This document shows, piece after piece, positions 9,952 through 22,275 of a DNA stretch of 64,000 nt. Numbering within the stretch: the first letter of the stretch is position 1; each line of letters begins with the position of its first letter. The notes under the pieces were generated by a model. The model had not been told where the DNA came from, searched no databases, and was given only the letters and a program-made list of their open reading frames with translations. Both the position numbers and the translations under genes were made by a program. Origin of the DNA: Epithemia pelagica (Eukaryota; Protista; Bacillariophyta); the NCBI GenBank assembly GCA_946965045.2, contig OX337241.1:2790001-2854000 (forward strand), written 5' to 3'.

Positions 9952-11615
9952 ATTGTGCCGCAGAAACAGGAGAAGAATGAACCGTCAATCGAACCAAGTC
10001 GTAGAATATAGCAAGAGTTGTTCTTGTTGTCGTTCGTAACGGTGAAGACTGTCTTTTTGCTTCCACGAAACGAGCAATCCACAGGAAGCGGTTGTCAGTT
10101 GGCTCTGAGGATAGTCAATGGACAAATGGTGTCCAATCCACTCTCGTTGTTGTCAATTCTTCCTTTTGTGGTTTCTGTGTTGCACCTTGCTTGTTGGGGG
10201 ACGTTTGGGAAGAGAAACAATCACACCACAAACGACGATCACGTGAACCACTTTGTACCACCCAAAGAGGCTTGCGCGTTCCAATCCACAAGAGAGAGAT
10301 GTACTGCACAACAAATATAGACAAGGCAGTGTTCTTGTGTATGGTTTGATGAGGCTTGTTGGTTGTTTGCGATTCAGGAAGATGTCGCTCTCTCTTTTTT
10401 TCTTCCTCTCCGTCTTGCGTGTGTGTTGTGTGGCTGGTTTCTACAGAGTGTAGAGAAAGGATGTTCAGTAGATAGCGGAGTGAAAGGGGGACCGACCAAA
10501 TTTACTGTGGGGAGGATAATATTTAGTGTGGAGAGAGGTACACTCACAATGTCTATTCCTAAACTTTCGAGCGTTCAAGACTGATAAAATGAATAATATA
10601 TATAAAAAAATATTCAGTACCGGACGCTGGGATTATGTCCAATGTCTCTCTCACTATTGGGTCGGCGTTCTCGATGGACCGCCCGACGCGCATCTGTCGA
10701 GGCTTCGCCAAAGGACCCCAGAGCCGATTCAACGCACGATCCAGGCAAGATGCGGACCGGCGTTCTTGTGCACCTCTCCAGTCCTGTCTCCTGCCTCACA
10801 TTTTTTCTGTTTGGTTGATTCTATCGAGAATCGAGACCACCACGGGTGTAGAGCGATGCCATGTTGGCCCTCCACCAATACACACCTGACGACCAGCAGT
10901 GTCTGGCATGGCGTATTTCTATTGAGCTAGAGGACTCTGTGTGTTGCTGAGTACGAATGGAGGGACCAGTTTCTTGTGCCTATGGACCGTGTTTGGCACG
11001 ACTGAATCATGGCGCAACTCCTCGTTTGGACTGTGAGTCGTTCTTTGGCGGTACCCTCCAACCCAAACAGAATCTTTGACACGATGCACTGCTTACTATC
11101 ATGCTATACAGTCCAACGGTTTTGTCCCGACCAAGGAGCAGCACATGTCGAATGAGGACATGGATCCAAATGATGCAAAATATACTGGTAGAGAGAATGA
11201 GGAGGAAGCCAAGCACTCTGCAGCCATTGGACCGACCCACACACAATAAAAGGCAAAATTGTTACCCAGGAAAAAACTGGTGAAAGTACCACGGAGGAAA
11301 ACTCCCTCAAGTGACACAAGCTCCGAGAGGTCACAATTCACAATCACACATTCTAGTACAGCAGCAACAACAACACCAAAACGCATAGTTGCCGAGAAAC
11401 ACAATTCTGTGTGGCAGATACGAAAATGACAATCCAACAGACAATCCTGGACACGTGACACTCTCGGTCGCTCGATCTGTGAAAGTTTTATGAACTATGC
11501 TCTAGGTACTAGTTACCGGTTTTCTACAAGTATTGGTACAAAAAAGAAATGAGGATTCCTCGAAATCTTTGAAGGGGTCAACCCACTAGCAAGCAAGCAA
11601 ACAAGACTGTGTCGG

Positions 11616-12573
11616 TCATGCCACACGAGACAAGGCGGAGAAGGAGGCACCACACGACGTCCTAGTCTCCCCCTGTCTGGAACTTGCATCCACCAGACTG
11701 TGAATGGCTTCGTCCAGGACGGCAGTCATAATGTCATGATCGGTCACAATGTGGTCCGTATTCGAAACTGAAGAAGAAGCATCTAGAACGAAGGACTCTG
11801 GCGTCGGCCGTTCCAACGACTCATTGGAAGTATACGGGATCAAGTTACTGAATGAAGAAGGTGTCTTGGCGTTTTTATGGTTGAGGAGCGTTTGAGACAA
11901 GGGCTGCGCCATACTGACCGCATCAGTTGACTTCTGGACGCTGCTCCTACGTCGACGAGGTTTACCGGAATCCGCCGTGCCATTTCGCTTGGCCAAGAGC
12001 TCGCGAAGTTGCGAACCCACCTTTTCGCGTGCCACGGCATCCGAGACTTGAAACCATTCCTTGGTAAATGGATCCTGCACATGATGAACACAAACAGCAT
12101 TCCAATGTGATTAGGACAAGACTTAGAGAAATATTCGAATGGAAATGCCGTACCTGCTTGACAAAGGCTCCTTGACCGTCCCGCACGGCATCGACAATGT
12201 GCATGACTAGAAAGGATTTTTCCGTTTTGGTGGTGGCTTCATAGGCCTCCAGGTTCAAATCACACAAAATGCGGAATCGACGATTGCCCACTGTGACCGT
12301 AAACAAGACGAAACCAAATACAGTAAAGTATGCATGTGCGTGAGAGAACCACTTGTCACCAATTTTCCTAACGACTGTTGGGTGTGTGTGTAAATGGTTC
12401 CTACCATGATTGAACGACGTTTTGCCCCGTCCACAAATCACCGTCCACGGATTGGGTTCAAAGTCAGCCGGTAACAGTCGGGCTTCTGGAACGGGTAAAA
12501 AGGATCGAATTTCTTCTCCCACAAAGCGACTCAAGTCGTGGTTTCGATTGGTCAAGGATCCGCGGTCGACCAT
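11616..12573 (-). CDS. DUF6824-type diatom protein, copy B; exons 12573-12405, 12290-12154, 12074-11616
   Basis: Spliced product reads WTVICGRGKTSFNHVGNRRFRILC..YEATTKTEKSFLV..IVDAV..GAFVKQDPFTKEWFQVSDAVAREKVGSQLRE; canonical GT-AG at both introns. Confidence 0.85.
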
Positions 12574-12821
12574 GATGTTGTTTTGTCCTTCTTGACAGTT
12601 GTTTGCTTGTAATGGCAAATACACAGTCTAACGACTTTTGGGTTCATCCCGGGGGACAACAAACCAACTCCATGCCGTTTTTTATACGTGGTGACAGTAT
12701 CGTGGTGCTTTGGCACAATCATCGTGATCTAGGTGATTGTGACCGGGTTCTTTGGTGCGGAAGAGAGACGGTTCTCGCCTTGCGAGTCGGTGATAAGCCC
12801 CAGAACATGAAATGACATGGC

Positions 12822-13844
12822 TTAAGTATTTAAGAGCGACCGATTGGATAGCCATGCGCGCCTGCCGATCAGATCTTGTGAGATTGATGGTTCGCCCTGT
12901 CCTGTTGTGACTGTCAAACTGGTTGTTGTTGTGCTAGCATGCGACCAAACTGCCAATGGTTTGGAATCCTGAACATGTTCCGTATCCAGATAGTGCAAGG
13001 GCGAAGCCACTGCTTGGCTCGTAGCACGTTGTGGTCGTATATCGCCGCTCGTGTCGTCGTCCAGCAGTTTCCTAGAGGATGACGAAACGGAGGAGGATCG
13101 TTTGCGAGAAGAAGTTTGTTTGGAGAGACTGGTAGTTCCGACATATTGTTGTTGTTGTTGTTGTTGTTGGTTTTTGAGTCGAATATCGCGAAATTGTTGT
13201 CCCAACTTTTCCCGTGCCACTACATCGCTCACTTGGAACCATTCCGTCGTATAGGGATCCTACCAAAAAACAACAACAACACCAACAACAAATATCATGA
13301 GTTGGAACGACGCCTCACTCTAGACGACAACAACAAATCCGACAAGAGACATACCTGTTTGACAAAGGCCCCCTGTCCTTCTTGGACGGCATGCAAAATT
13401 TCCGTCACAATCAGCGACTTTTCCGTCTTGGTACTGGCCCGTTCATAGCGTTCCTGATGCGCTTCACAGAGAATCCGAAAACGGGCTGCTGACTGTGCGT
13501 CGTCATTGTTCGATACCGCGCACGACGAGACAAAAAAAGACACGAGAAAAATACAGTGCAAGGGATGAGGAGAACATGACAAATCATAATTCCAGATGCT
13601 GAGAAATACGGTACCATACACCATGTAGGAGTGAACGCGACACACAGCCGTACTACTAGTACCCACCATGATTGTAAAAGGCCTTGCCCCGTCCACAAAT
13701 GACGGTCCATTCATTGGGTTCAAAGTCGGGAGGTAACAAGCGGGCGCGATCGACGGAGACATGGGCCAATAGGGATTCGTGCACATGAGAAGGAAGATGA
13801 CCACCTTGCGCCGTTTGGCTGGTCAAGGAGCCTCGATCCACCAT
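12822..13844 (-). CDS. DUF6824-type diatom protein, copy A (tandem paralog); 3 exons, exon-2 acceptor uncertain
   Basis: MVDRGSLT start shared with copy B; WTVICGRGKAFYNH / RFRILCEAHQERYERASTKTEKSLIV..GAFVKQ (donor 13354) / DPYTTEWFQVSDVVAREKLGQQFRD (exon 3 from 13259). Confidence 0.8.
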
Positions 13845-14129
13845 GGTAGTGCACTTTTTCCTTGTGATTGTGGTTTCAGTTCAATTCGTTGTTGTTGCGG
13901 TTGTCTAGAGTGTGTGTGTGTGTGGTGCAAGGGCGTGTGGGATGCACACACAATATAGAGTGAGTAATGGTTGGACGAGAGCGATTCATCCTTGCTCTTT
14001 TTCCAAAATGTGGCGAACTCTGGTTCGCTTGCCGCGGAAAACGATGCCGATCGGGGGTTCGTTCGGCGCTGGATGTGGTTGGGTGCTTTCATCCGAACTC
14101 CGAACCGGTTGGGCATAAAAAAAGAGAAG

Positions 14130-14240
14130 CAGTGACACGTGACTCAAAGGAGTCCCGTTTTAGCGGTCGCGCGACTGTCAGTCGCCCGACAGTCATACTG
14201 ACATGACGTCACAAAATGTCTTCAGTGACGTCACCTTCAT
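14130..14240. promoter_or_regulatory. Cluster of palindromic TGACGTCA/CACGTG motifs upstream of DUF6824 copy A
   Basis: gacacgtgac, tgacgtca (14205-14212) and gtgacgtcac (14226-14235) lie in an intergenic position. Confidence 0.5.
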
Positions 14241-14622
14241 CTCAAACCGCCAGAGGCGATTCGAAATTCGAACCCACGTCCGTCTCCGTGGCACGGGAGT
14301 GCTGGTGTCTCTGCAATGTCAACAGTTGCCCTTCTCGTTGGCAATGGTTGACGTCATCGTTGGTGAGTGAGACTTGCGCACCTCGATGGCGCACTTTCTC
14401 TATTCGATTTGGGGGGACGACACACATTGTTGCATGTCGCAGTTCCGTTCCAACGTCTCTCCGCAAGCAAAGAATGAGAAATGAGAAGGAGAACGGCCAC
14501 GGTGCGCAGAAAATTCGCAAATTAGCATTCGCCCTTCACCACCACCAACCACCACCACATCGCATCGCAGTGTTCGTTGAATCGGAGTTTTGCCATTTCT
14601 CCTCTCATAATCCCTCGGTATA

Positions 14623-15750
14623 GGTGACCACCTATTAATCGTCTGCCAGTCGTCCACCGAATTCTTCTCTGGCCTGGTTTTTTTCTTTTTTCATGTCAAA
14701 ATTTTCTGGCAAAATCAGAAGGAACTCGCCGGCACAACCTGGTCACATTTCAAATCAGTTTGAGAATGGCCCAGCGTGCATGACCGTTGGTCTTGATTCT
14801 TGATTCTTGATGCACAGCCTTCATTCGCCACTCGCCACACTCTCCAAACACAAACAAACCTCACCCCTCACCCATGCCAATGGCAATGACATGGTTTGTC
14901 TGCTTTCATGCGACTCAGGTATGTAAGATGGAAGAGAGGACAGAACTGCTATTCTGATAAGGACAAGTTTCCCACTCGCCCTTCCCTGCCACTTTTCTTT
15001 GCTCCATCTGAGGAATCATTGCGACTGGAATCATTGCGACTCTTCTCCGTAGTCTTAATGCTTGATTCAGTAAAAGCCCTTTTATTTGATACTCTCTTGT
15101 CTCTACATCAAATTCCTATTCTTATTCAATCATAGGGTCAATTTCAATAGGGCTGGCGATTACTTGCTTTTATTGTGTTCGTCTTCGTTCTATTCCTTCC
15201 AGGACATGTCCTTGGCGGGGAAGATAAACTAAGCGAAAGAAAAGAGTCCATCTTATCAAGCAGTTCATCGAAGGAGATTTTAGGGACAAAGAGAAGCATA
15301 TCAAAAGGGTTGACAATAAGAATCTCATGGTTTGCCATGTAAAACTTTGATTGGAAGTCGTCAATTCGAATGAAGGCCCAATGGCCCCTATGAAAAGAAA
15401 ATAGTGAAATATCCTACCAATCCTACAGAAGATAAGAGGCAAAGGAACAACTAACAATGAAAGGTAAGACGCGCTCCTTCGACAACGATTCGTCCGGAGT
15501 TCATGCCCCTTGGTCATCATGGTCCGTGTTTTCATCGACCCTCCAAATTTTGCTCTCACGGTTTTTATGAGACGCTGTCGCTCGCGAGCGTCTGGAATTT
15601 GAATCGTGTTGATCAGAGGACGCCCGCCAACCTTCAACTGTCACTTTCACGCCGGCCATTCTACATGACGTTTTTGCTTTTGGGAGATTTTGTGGGGGAG
15701 AAGGACAGATCTTTCGTGAGCGACTGGCAGACGATTAATAGGTGGCCACC
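14623..15750. mobile_element. Putative non-autonomous DNA transposon/MITE (1128 bp) with 30-bp terminal inverted repeats
   Basis: ggtgaccacctattaatcgtctgccagtcg (14623-14652) is the reverse complement of 15721-15750 with one mismatch. No long ORF inside; no clear TSD. Confidence 0.7.
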
Positions 15751-15912
15751 GTGTTTGGTACGTGTTGTCCTCAACACGCACCCCAACAGTAGCCTTCTCG
15801 TTGCAGCAACGACCACCATTGTCTTGGCACTCTCCGACTTGCTGCTTGTTGGTCCCAAAAATCCCAGGAAGGACACACACAACTCCCTTTGGTACCATTC
15901 ATCATCATTATC

Positions 15913-17058
15913 ATGTTGGAGTCTACTACTGCCACAACTACATTGGTTTCATCGTTGGACGACGCCTTGGTCTTGGCGGCTGCCACCAGTGACTATTACC
16001 ACCCCCAGGAAAAGAAGCACCAGCAACAACCAGATTTGCCACTCATGGACCAGGAAGAAACACCACTGCTACTAGCAGCCCCACAAGGACTGGATCCCAT
16101 GGCCTTGGCACAAGCCCTCGTACTGGTCTTGGAACAACAAGGTCGTAGTTTCATGGAAGCACCGCAAGAAGAAGAAACAAAACAAGAAGAAGAAGAACCA
16201 ATCGCCGACAGTGTTGTTGTGGCCGATGAGCTTTGCACCTCTGGTGCGTTGGAACCACCACGTCGTCAACCCTTGTCCAGTTGTTTGGTACAGTCCGACT
16301 TGGTTCGTCCGAGTCGTCGACAATCACTCCAACGTCGGGTCCACCTCAACGAATCGGCCAATGAATATCATGCCGGACAAGCCTACTGGACCAAGGAGGA
16401 ATTGGCCGACGTCTGTTGGTATCAAGCAGACGATTATCAGGCCTTTCGACGGCATCGACAAGCCACGGTCCAAGCCCTGCGACGAGTCGATCTGCAACAT
16501 CAGGCCACAACCACCAATCGATGGAATGAAGAGACTCAAAACCAGGACGGGCCATCCGCACAACGGTCGTCCGTGTCCTATCCCCAAGCCTTGGAAGCCG
16601 TCTACGATGAGTATTGTACCAATAGCAATCCTGCCATGACGGGGTGGAATCAACCAGCACACGGCGAACAACAACAAGACGATTATTTGACAATGGCCAC
16701 CAGTGTCTCGGCCACATGCCTCCAATCCATGCATACATGGATTGCCGAAACGGCCTGGGATCGATTGGGCTTGGAAAAATCACTCGTGAGCAGTTTGAAT
16801 CAAGATCGACGCGAACGACGATTGGAATTGGTCGAAACGGTCTTGGACTTGCAAGAAGATGGCTGCGGCATGAATGACGCTGACCATGATGATGCCGCCG
16901 TGTTTTTGGCCCACGCCTGTCAAGTCATTTCCCGACCCTCGCGATTGTTTGCCGTTCAATTGGCCGTGGCACAACATGCGGCCATGGACGAGCAGGACGC
17001 GCCAACCACCACGGCCATGGGCCGCGTCCCAATGGTCTACCGCCATGCCGTGTTGTAG
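15913..17058 (+). CDS. Diatom orphan family protein, member 1 (V.F / WY..DY..F / GLE / IS.PSRLFA)
   Basis: Long ORF (track 15889..17058; ATG 15913) with RRVHLNE, CWYQADDYQAFRR, RLGLEK and CQVISRPSRLFAVQLA; same motif order as three other ORFs in this window. Confidence 0.75.
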   Translation: MLESTTATTTLVSSLDDALVLAAATSDYYHPQEKKHQQQPDLPLMDQEETPLLLAAPQGLDPMALAQALVLVLEQQGRSFMEAPQEEETKQEEEEPIADSVVVADELCTSGALEPPRRQPLSSCLVQSDLVRPSRRQSLQRRVHLNESANEYHAGQAYWTKEELADVCWYQADDYQAFRRHRQATVQALRRVDLQHQATTTNRWNEETQNQDGPSAQRSSVSYPQALEAVYDEYCTNSNPAMTGWNQPAHGEQQQDDYLTMATSVSATCLQSMHTWIAETAWDRLGLEKSLVSSLNQDRRERRLELVETVLDLQEDGCGMNDADHDDAAVFLAHACQVISRPSRLFAVQLAVAQHAAMDEQDAPTTTAMGRVPMVYRHAVL

Positions 17059-17209
17059 TCGAGTCCGGGGAAACCAATGGAGGATATTCGGGTCGCCAAT
17101 CGCTTCACCGTTTGGCTTTTGCTACATGCTGCTATCAAAGAGGACGTTTTTCTCACTGCTAATCATACTATACGAAACTGCTGCTACAAGAACAACCCAT
17201 TGGCGTGTT

Positions 17210-17612
17210 GGTTTCTAGGTAGATGTAGGCAGTTCTTGGAGGAAAAAGTCTTGTGTGTGTCATGCGCAAAACAAAGTGTCTGGACCACCAGTATTCCAAA
17301 CACATTGTCAACCTGTATTCCAGACCAGGAAAGGATGGATTGTCGATGTACGAAATGCCAGAGGTGGATTGGCGCAGATCCAAGAAGGAAAAGGGCCCAG
17401 GTAGGTTTGGGTTTCTAGGTAGATGTAGGCAGTTCTTGGAGGAAAAAGTCTTGTGTGTGTCATGCGCAAAACAAAGTGTCTGGACCACCAGTATTCCAAA
17501 CACATTGTCAACCTGTATTCCAGACCAGGAAAGGATGGATTGTCGATGAACGAAATGCCAGAGGTGGATTGGCGCAGATCCAAGAAGGAAAAGGGCCCAG
17601 GTAGGTTTGGGT
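17210..17612. repeat. Tandem duplication with a 200-bp period, two copies
   Basis: 17211 gtttctaggt... recurs at 17411; the only difference seen is 17349 (t) versus 17549 (a). Confidence 0.95.
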
Positions 17613-18329
17613 GAAGTGTAAGGCGCTCTCTTCTAGCTAGAACCAAGACCAAGCCTTACCTACTACTTTGGTCTGGAGACAATGCCGTGGTTTCCACTGG
17701 ACGAATACGGACCATCGTAGACAATAAATCTGTCGACGACAGGTCACCACCCAGTCATGACCAACCATGCCTCTCCCTTGGTTTGTTGGCATGCTCTGGT
17801 CTTGTGTTCCAATCCCGTCTGTCCACTCGACGAATACAGACCAGAGCGAACACTCATCGTACCACAAACGTGTTTTTTTAAGTGCATTCCCGTAGTCACC
17901 CCCACGGCGCGAGGGCCCCAAATCGCCAATTTCTCGACTCTGATACAAACTGCATTTCACCTCCACAGAGCCACCACGGAGGCAAACTAGTGAGGACGAT
18001 TACATCCATCATGGCTACCCGCACCTCCAACCCCGACCAAAAGGCTCTCACCAATACTACACACGATGACTCTACGAAGGCGCCGGCTCTCCAAAGCCTC
18101 TACTCATTGGACCAAGACACTCTCAATTCAAGCCTTCAACAAAGTAAAAACAACAAACCAGATGACCCTGTCGTAATACGTCAAGCATCCTTTTTTGCCA
18201 CAACCGAAACCCTCCAGCCACTCCTCTTTCAACTACCAATAAGGCCTATGGGCTTCCTTCACTCGAACGTCAATCAACTCAGTATTCAGAGGATGGCATA
18301 GAAAGACGGCCCGGGCATGGCAAGTCGAT

Positions 18330-19075
18330 GCCTGCAGTACGTATTGCTTGTCGCAGAGAGACGTCCTACTCTGCCAAGTCCTCTCGGACCATGTCTTTTG
18401 TCCTATTGTTTGCCTCGTCACAGTGCTTTTTTCTACGATATATTCTTTGTCTTTGTCAGTCCTCTTATATTCAAGAAGAGCGTAATGCTGGATGTTGGTA
18501 CCAGTGGAGGTCCTCCTCCCAATCCAGACTGGTGTGAAAAGTACCACAAAGATCCCCTCTATTGCCGCCAACGGGGGAATCCCCTACCAATGCTGTTCAC
18601 CATACCGCACATTGCCGACTATCGTGGCGGGTCCAACCTTTTGTGTATCGGCGACATTGTCGTGCCCGGATTACTGATCAGTTTTGCTGCATGCTTTGAT
18701 TCAGCCAAGAGCTTTTTGGGTGTCATGGGTGGTGGCAATGGATCGTTGGGACGGTCCTATCCCTGTCCCGAACAAAAATATTGCGGAAGTACTTGCTGGA
18801 ACGGTGGCTACTTTTTGCCTCGTGTCATTTGCCTATGCTGTTGGACTGTCCATGGCAAATGCTGCTGTGTACTGGATGGATATGGGCCAACCGGCACTTT
18901 TGTACTTGGTCCCCTGCTGTTTGGGAATAGTCCTCTTGATTGGTTGGCAACGTCGGGAGCTCACAGATCTATGGGAAGGTTCACGAGTCATTCGAACGGC
19001 CGACGTCATTTGCTACGGTGCAGAATCATCTGCTCCGACGACCAGTACGGCGCATACCCGCATTCCACAAGATGA
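18330..19075 (+). pseudogene. Signal peptide peptidase-like (SPPL, GxGD aspartyl protease) C-terminal fragment
   Basis: FFYDIFFVFVSP (YD motif), NPLPMLF, LLCIGDIVVPG (GLGD degenerated to CIGD) and QPALLYLVP (PAL motif). +1 frameshift at the TTT at 18828-18830; N-terminal part missing. Confidence 0.8.
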
Positions 19076-19237
19076 AACTGATGACAGCGATGGAGAAGCC
19101 AAGTGGCCCGTGACCCAAGTCCAGGCCCTCCTGTCGGCACTGGTCCATGCCATTTTGCATACACCCCTGATTGAGTCATTGAAAGCACTCTTGCACACCT
19201 TGTATCACTTGCCCGAATACACGGCCCAAACGGCCAT

Positions 19238-19935
19238 TTATTGGATGCCCCTCATGACGGTCCGTACTTGACAAGCTCCAAAAATGACACATATTCCAGT
19301 TGCCGTGAGGAAAAAGGCAACGCCAATGGCAACGTAAAACAGGTAGTCTTCTTGTTCCTTGAGACACGAAGACTCGCTGTCGTTTGTAGCAGTACCCTTT
19401 TTCTCAAGTAATGTGGGTACATCCTCCACAGTGACTTGGACTTGCTCCACTACTCGAAGAAGCACTGGATCGTGATCATGGTACCAAGGCAACAGACGGT
19501 CAATGAGATCTTCAAAGGCAAAACGGAGAGTCGTTTGAATAATGGTTTCAATGCGTTGGACTTCCTTTTGTGAAACCTCATGCTGGTGATTGGTCACGTC
19601 CGTAACAAACCTTAAATACCCTTGAATGGAGGCCAAATCAAAGAGGTTGGAATGTTATGGAAATTTGGATCAGTATTGCTTTCGGTTCCTTGAAAGGCTC
19701 GATCAAAACGATCAAATGTGATTTGCACCGAATCAAATCGTTCCTCATTTTCCTTGCGAAAAAGGGAGTCAATTTCTTGAAAGGACAGCTCTAGGTAGGA
19801 ACTCGTTGCCAATTGTAGTTTTCGTTCGAGTTCCTTCACGTCCAAATCATCGTCCAATACCGACAGATTGACAAAGAATTGAGGAAGCGGGTACACTCCC
19901 TTCGAACGGCGTGAATTGCCTCGCCTGAAGAAGCA
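19238..19935 (-). pseudogene. Frameshifted remnant of a single-pass membrane protein gene (diatom-type small ectodomain plus TM)
   Basis: Two overlapping frames (19612..20004 and 19238..19636) read as protein-like and join near 19640; ends with TM segment YLFYVAIGVAFFLTATGICVIFG. The 5' end abuts the Harbinger remnant. Confidence 0.35.
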
Positions 19936-20019
19936 GAGAAAGGAACAAGCGGTCAAGGAGAAAACAAACAAAAAACAACATTGGTGAAAAAGAAACAAGA
20001 CCAACCGAACAACAATACC

Positions 20020-21050
20020 TCATCCAAGCCACCGAAACCTCCAACCATTCATCCCCCATTCAGAGAGCTGCCTCACTGAAGTGGTAGCTCGGAACAACTC
20101 ACTCTTCTGTCGAATGCGACCCTCTTGATCCGTGTTGCTTTGATACGACTTCAAAAGGGCCTGTCGCCGTTCCGAGCCGAATGCAGAATCAACGACAACT
20201 CGCGCGCCTCCTCGATTACGTTCACGGGCATGAATGGAATCTATCTTGTTGTAGGTATCCGAATAGATAGCGAGCGTCGAGTCATGCCAGGATCCAGGCG
20301 CGTTAATATACGACGCCCGGATCCGCCCATCAGGAGAGAACAAGAAGAGGTTTGAAATAAAGTGGTCACACTTCCACCCGTTGTAGAACAGGTTTTGGTG
20401 CTTCGCATTGGCCTCTATAGGAACCTTTAAACCATCCATGGCCCCCCAAACATTTCGTAGCACTGGATACTTGCGTCGTATGGCTTTCTTGAATCGTCTG
20501 ACTTCCTTCTTCGTAGGGAGCTTTACTTCGGCATCTGGATGCCAATGTAGGACCTTGACCAGAATTCTTTGACCAAACCGCAGCCAAACAGACAAGGGGT
20601 TAGCAGTTAGGCCAAAGACCAGTTGGAGCAACATTGTGGATCCACGCGTACGTGTCCAAGCCAATACTAGTGCAAGGCATATTTTCGCATCAATCAACCT
20701 TCGACCTCTCCTCTTCCCTTTCGGACTCAATCAACGCATGGAGGTGCGATTCTTGGCCGATTGAGGGTATGGCGTCCAATTATCAAAATAAGGCGCAAAC
20801 AGATGAAGCAGCTTTTGGAAAGAAGCGTGGTCGAATCCACACAAGGCTATGAGGGACGCATCTTCTCCACTGTTGTAAAGTTTCATAAAAGCGGAGTGCT
20901 TAGGATGGTGGAGAGACCCTCTACCGATTCCACCAGGACGCAAACGACGACGAAGACGCTCTAATTCTTATTGACGGTCATCCTCTTGCTGCCCTCTACG
21001 ATGGAGCAATAAAACCACAAGTCTTCCTCTTCGTCGTTCATGGTTATTAC
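20020..21050 (-). mobile_element. Decayed PIF/Harbinger (DDE_Tnp_4-type) transposase
   Basis: AMDGLK, PGSWHDS, VVDSAF and LSEWGM give the D-D-D-E pattern; N-terminal SLIALCGFDHASF helix motif. In-frame TAA at 20970-20968, frameshift near 20735-20780, and homology lost after EWGM. Confidence 0.85.
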
Positions 21051-21715
21051 AAACTACACTCTAACGAAGCTACGAAAGGAGATGAACGAAACGACGACGC
21101 CCTGTCTTACGCATGGAGAGAGCTACGTGCAACGTCCGCGGTGGAGGTGGAAACAACTTGGCTTCCTGGGGGAACGGGGGTCCAAAAGGCGTCATCATGG
21201 ATCATGGAGGATAGTCCCGCGACAAAACCACACCCGAAGTTGGTAACTCTAGACCCTGCCGAAATAATGGCCATACTCATGACTCATCGATCATCCATGA
21301 CACATGACACGAGATAAAAATTCACATGGGCCACGCTTCTCCACGCGCTATGCTGACTACTGACTACCCAGTGACGAAAAATCTGACAACATGGGCAATA
21401 GTTTTGAATATCTCTCCTTTTGTAATTAAAGAGAAGAAATAATACTCCAAGGCCATGGTAGTACTTGGTACTCGTAGTAGGTAGTCGATAGTCTAGAGGT
21501 AGTCAGAGGCCAAATCCGACCAATGCCGCTAACAGGGTTCCGTTTTCAATAACATTATAAACGAGGGGGCGTGAAGAAAGGTCAGATGCCGACTCCAAAC
21601 AGCTACTATGTTGAATCATGATGAGACGGAGAAACTGAAACAGGCTTATTGTGGAAGTTCGAAGTTATAGGGGAATGGCGTCCTCCGACCTCCGACCAGG
21701 TGTGGAGTCACGATC

Positions 21716-22275
21716 AGGGTTGTGAAGTACTCACACTAGCACTGGGTACTTGAATTTAGTACTTAAAGTACGACTCCTGAACTTAGAGGTACTTGACGAA
21801 GGTACTTTAAGTACCTCATGAGAAACAACGTACTTGACTGAGGTACTTTATTCTTAAGTGACAAAACTTAAGTTGGATTCGGTACTTTACTTTGTATAAG
21901 TACCATAAGTCAAAAAATAGCATGTCCTTACTTCTTCAAAGTAAAGTACGTAGAGAAAATAGCAGTACTTAACTTCGATGGATGAAATTCAAGCGTAAAG
22001 TACCTTGAAAGTAAGGTATTTAAGCTTTATTTTCATCAAATATGGGTCCAAAAGTACGTACTTGTTACTTGAACTTGGTAATTTGAGGTCAAGATTTCAA
22101 TTTTGTACTGGTACTTGACAGAAGGTACTTAAAGTAAGATCACTCAACATAGGTACTTTGCATGGGTACTTACAAGGAAGCGATAGGATGAGCGGTACTT
22201 GTGGTAGGGTACTTAAGGTGGTACAGGAAAATCTAGGTACTTTTGCGTGAGGACTTGGGAAAAGGAAAGTACATA
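21716..22275. repeat. AT-rich degenerate array of GTAC/(G)GTACTT motifs
   Basis: 26 GTAC counted in about 550 bp; GC about 32% over 21841-22140 (hand count). Near-direct repeat ggtacttgac(a)gaaggtactt(t)aa(a)gta at about 21788 and 22110. Confidence 0.85.

Noticed and set aside
10500-11500. Short protein-like ORFs on both strands
   Set aside because: No recognisable motif, start context or splice structure; possibly decayed fragments.
17210-17612. CRISPR or satellite interpretation of the repeats (also the GTAC array and the 21-bp units)
   Set aside because: Eukaryotic context, no repeat-spacer periodicity and no cas genes.
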